Source of the DNA: Sphyrna mokarran
Lineage: Eukaryota
DNA length: 64,000 nt
Assembly (NCBI GenBank): GCA_024679065.1
Contig: JAGIQG010000048.1
Location: forward strand, 186,001-250,000
Reading direction: 5' to 3'
In this document: positions 61,487 to 64,000 of the stretch, piece after piece
Position numbering within the stretch: position 1 is the first letter of the stretch
Layout of the letters: each line of letters opens with the position of its first letter
The notes under the pieces: model-generated
Database searches by the model: none
The model's input: the letters and a program-made list of their open reading frames with translations, nothing else
Told to the model about the DNA's origin: nothing
Translations under genes and position numbers: made by a program

Positions 61487-64000
61487 GACAGGGAGTACCT
61501 ATTGGGAAACAAAATAATAGTTTGATGAGTGTCTGAAAGTGTGCAAGGGATTGCACCCGAGTGAGAAAGATGTGTGCAATGTGTTCGATTGTGTGAGGCA
61601 GAGAGAGATGTTTATTAGGTGTGAGAGAGAGAGGTTGTGTGTGGTTTATGTGTGAGTGTCAGACATATGAGTGTTTTTGTAAATGTGTGTAGGAGACAGT
61701 GGTCTGTGTGTCCAAGAAGAGAGACAGGATATGTGAGAATGTGATATGTGAGAAAGAGAGTGTGTTTAATGAGTTATTCTTTATGTGTGAGAGAGTGTGT
61801 CTCTGTTCTTCAGTGTGTGTGTGTGTAAAGGCAGGGAGAATGTGTGTGAGAGAGAAAGTGTGAAAATTAAACAGAGTGGATGTGTGAGTGAAGTAACTGT
61901 TGTGAGAACATGTGTCTGTGATAGGTGGAGTGTTTGTGTTTACATTTGTGTCCGTGTGTGAGACGGAGAGAGTGTGTGCATGTGAGAGAGAGGCTGTTTG
62001 TGGGAGACAGTGTTTGAGAGCAAGATTGTGCATGTGTGAGATAATGTTTAAGGGAGTGAGCATAAGAAAGAAATCTATCTTGAGAGAGAGAGAATGTATG
62101 TGTTTGTATGAGAGAGCGAGCATGTGAATGAGAGAGAGAGGAAGTGAGAATACGGAAGGGGGAATGTGAAAGAGATAGTGTGTGTGTGTGTGAGAGAGAG
62201 AGGGAGAATGCGTGCACGCATCTGCTTCTGTGAGAGACAGTGTCTGTGTTTAAGAGGGTGTGTTAGAGTGTGTTTGAGAGAGAGTGTTTGTAAGAGAGCC
62301 AGTGTGCGAGGGCAAGAATGTGTGACAGAGTGGGTGCAAGAGAGATAAATTATATGCATGGGTGTTTGTGTGTGAAAGAGAGAGACATGTGTGTGCAAGA
62401 GGAATTGTGAAAGAGCGTGTGAAAAAAATGAGAGACAGCTTGAACATAAATAAGAGAGTGTGGGAGAGAGAGAGCGAAAATGACTGTTTGTGTGAGAGTG
62501 TGTCTGTGTGTAAGGCAGAACGCGTGTGGTTGTTTGTGCGTTTTGTGTGTGGAGCATAAGACGGTGAATGAGCAAGCGAGTCTAAGTATGTATTCAGATT
62601 TGAGAGTGTGTAGAACGAGAGAGAGAGAGAGAGAGAATGTGTATAGTTGTGTGTGAGAGAGACAACAAGTGTGAGTATGTATGTGTGAGAGAATATGAGC
62701 GTGTATATGTGGATATTTACGTGTGGGAGAGTGTGTAAATCTCTATCTGGCTGATTCAGTCTGGAAAAGCACCCTCACTACACACACACTCACCCAGTAA
62801 GTGGGGTTGTCAAGCGAGCACAGTATGGATTGCGGGGCAAGAGTTGGAAAAACATTTACCAGTCACGATTGAATACATTCCTCTCTTCTCAAGGGGATAA
62901 ACTTGTAAAAATCCTCAAGAAATTTGACACAATCCAGGGTAAAGCCACCCACAAGTTTACCTGCTCCCCGCCCAGCCCTCATTCATCCTATTTGCTCTCT
63001 CCATCACTAACAAGCAGGGTGTATTATACACAACATGCACTGCAGCAACTCACCAAGGCTCCATACAATACACTGTCTAAACCCGCTGCCTTTACACCCC
63101 AATAGGACCAGGGCAGCAGCTACATATGAACACTACTACCTGCAAACTCCCCTCCAAAACACACCATCCTGAGTTGGAACAAGATCTCAGTTCCTTCACA
63201 ATCGCTGGGGCAAAATCCTGGAACTTCCTGTCTAACAGCAGGGCGGATGCCTGCGACATATGGACTGCAGTTATTCAAGGATGCCCCACTTTGTGAAGGA
63301 AAAATTAGTGAAGGTAAAAATTCTGGCCGAGCAAATGGCTCGAAAATGCCTTTAGAAGGTTAAAAATAAGATACAAATGAATTTGACCCTTCAACTATCC
63401 CTAAACAGTTCAGGGACTGCTGTAGTACAGAGCACAACATAGGAAATCTCACTTTCAACTTGGTCATCGAACATTCCCAAGGCTGGTACATCACTGCTTA
63501 AAAATCATCCAATTCTCCCTCTACAATCTGAAGTTTCTGCCCCTCTGACGATCACAATATGCTTCAGGGATCTAATTTCTGACTTGCCGAGTCTAGCAGG
63601 CACATTTCTCACAAATACAAGTCTATTGAAGAAATAAATAGAATTTCACTTCCTGAAATACAGCAGAAGGAACCAGAAGATTTTTTAACCAGACACATTC
63701 CTGGTCCCAACACAGTGACCCAAGCTCAGAGAAACAGAACAAACACCAACGGTTCAGAAAGATCTCTTCAATCTGTAAATTCCATTCAAACTGTTGGATT
63801 TGAATTGATCAATAGTCAACTTACAACAACTGAAAATCATGAACCTATTTTAAATTAAACTGATATTCATTTCAGAACTCCTCTCGACCTTTAATTATTT
63901 CTCTCTGCCTGTGTCACTTCTCAAACGTCATGTAAAAATGTAATTTTGCTGAAAATGAGCCAAAATAACAGATTCAACTCAGTTCAATGTCCCCCAACAC

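Larger units (their letters stand above)
21416..64000. repeat. Giant inverted duplication (palindrome): left arm 21416-44720, spacer 44721-44859, right arm 44860 to window end
   Basis: Base 64000 mirrors 21416; exons, introns and repeats recur in mirror order; arms meet at GGCACTGGCTC (ends 44720) and GAGCCAGTGCC (starts 44860). Confidence 0.97.

Overview
Cartilaginous-fish (shark-type) genomic DNA containing an immunoglobulin heavy-chain IgM minilocus. On the + strand there is one complete, unrearranged cluster: TATA-like promoter, leader, VH, D1, D2, JH (each with its RSS), CH1-CH4 with secretory tail, and TM1/TM2 (16382-34888). A second, near-identical constant region lies on the - strand (57988 down to 50049); its V-D-D-J would lie beyond the right edge if present. 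The two copies are arms of a tail-to-tail palindrome (21416-44720 vs 44860-64000+) with only a 139-bp spacer. The arms differ by about 1.6% in exons (hand count) and by independent indels and an element insertion. All 10 substitutions in CH1+CH2 are non-synonymous. Each arm has a G-rich, GAGCT-containing, switch-like tract about 0.9 kb upstream of CH1, and an outward-pointing CTCF motif (core plus upstream module) downstream of TM. This layout could allow an inversional exchange of C regions between the two clusters (hypothesis). The rest is CR1-type LINE fragments, tRNA-derived SINEs, Penelope-like remnants with hammerhead-ribozyme cores, a tRNA-Cys pseudogene, mini/microsatellites, an old tandem duplication upstream of VH, and four N-runs. 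Most ORF-track entries are repeat-derived or spurious. Repeat boundaries and family names are by eye and approximate.
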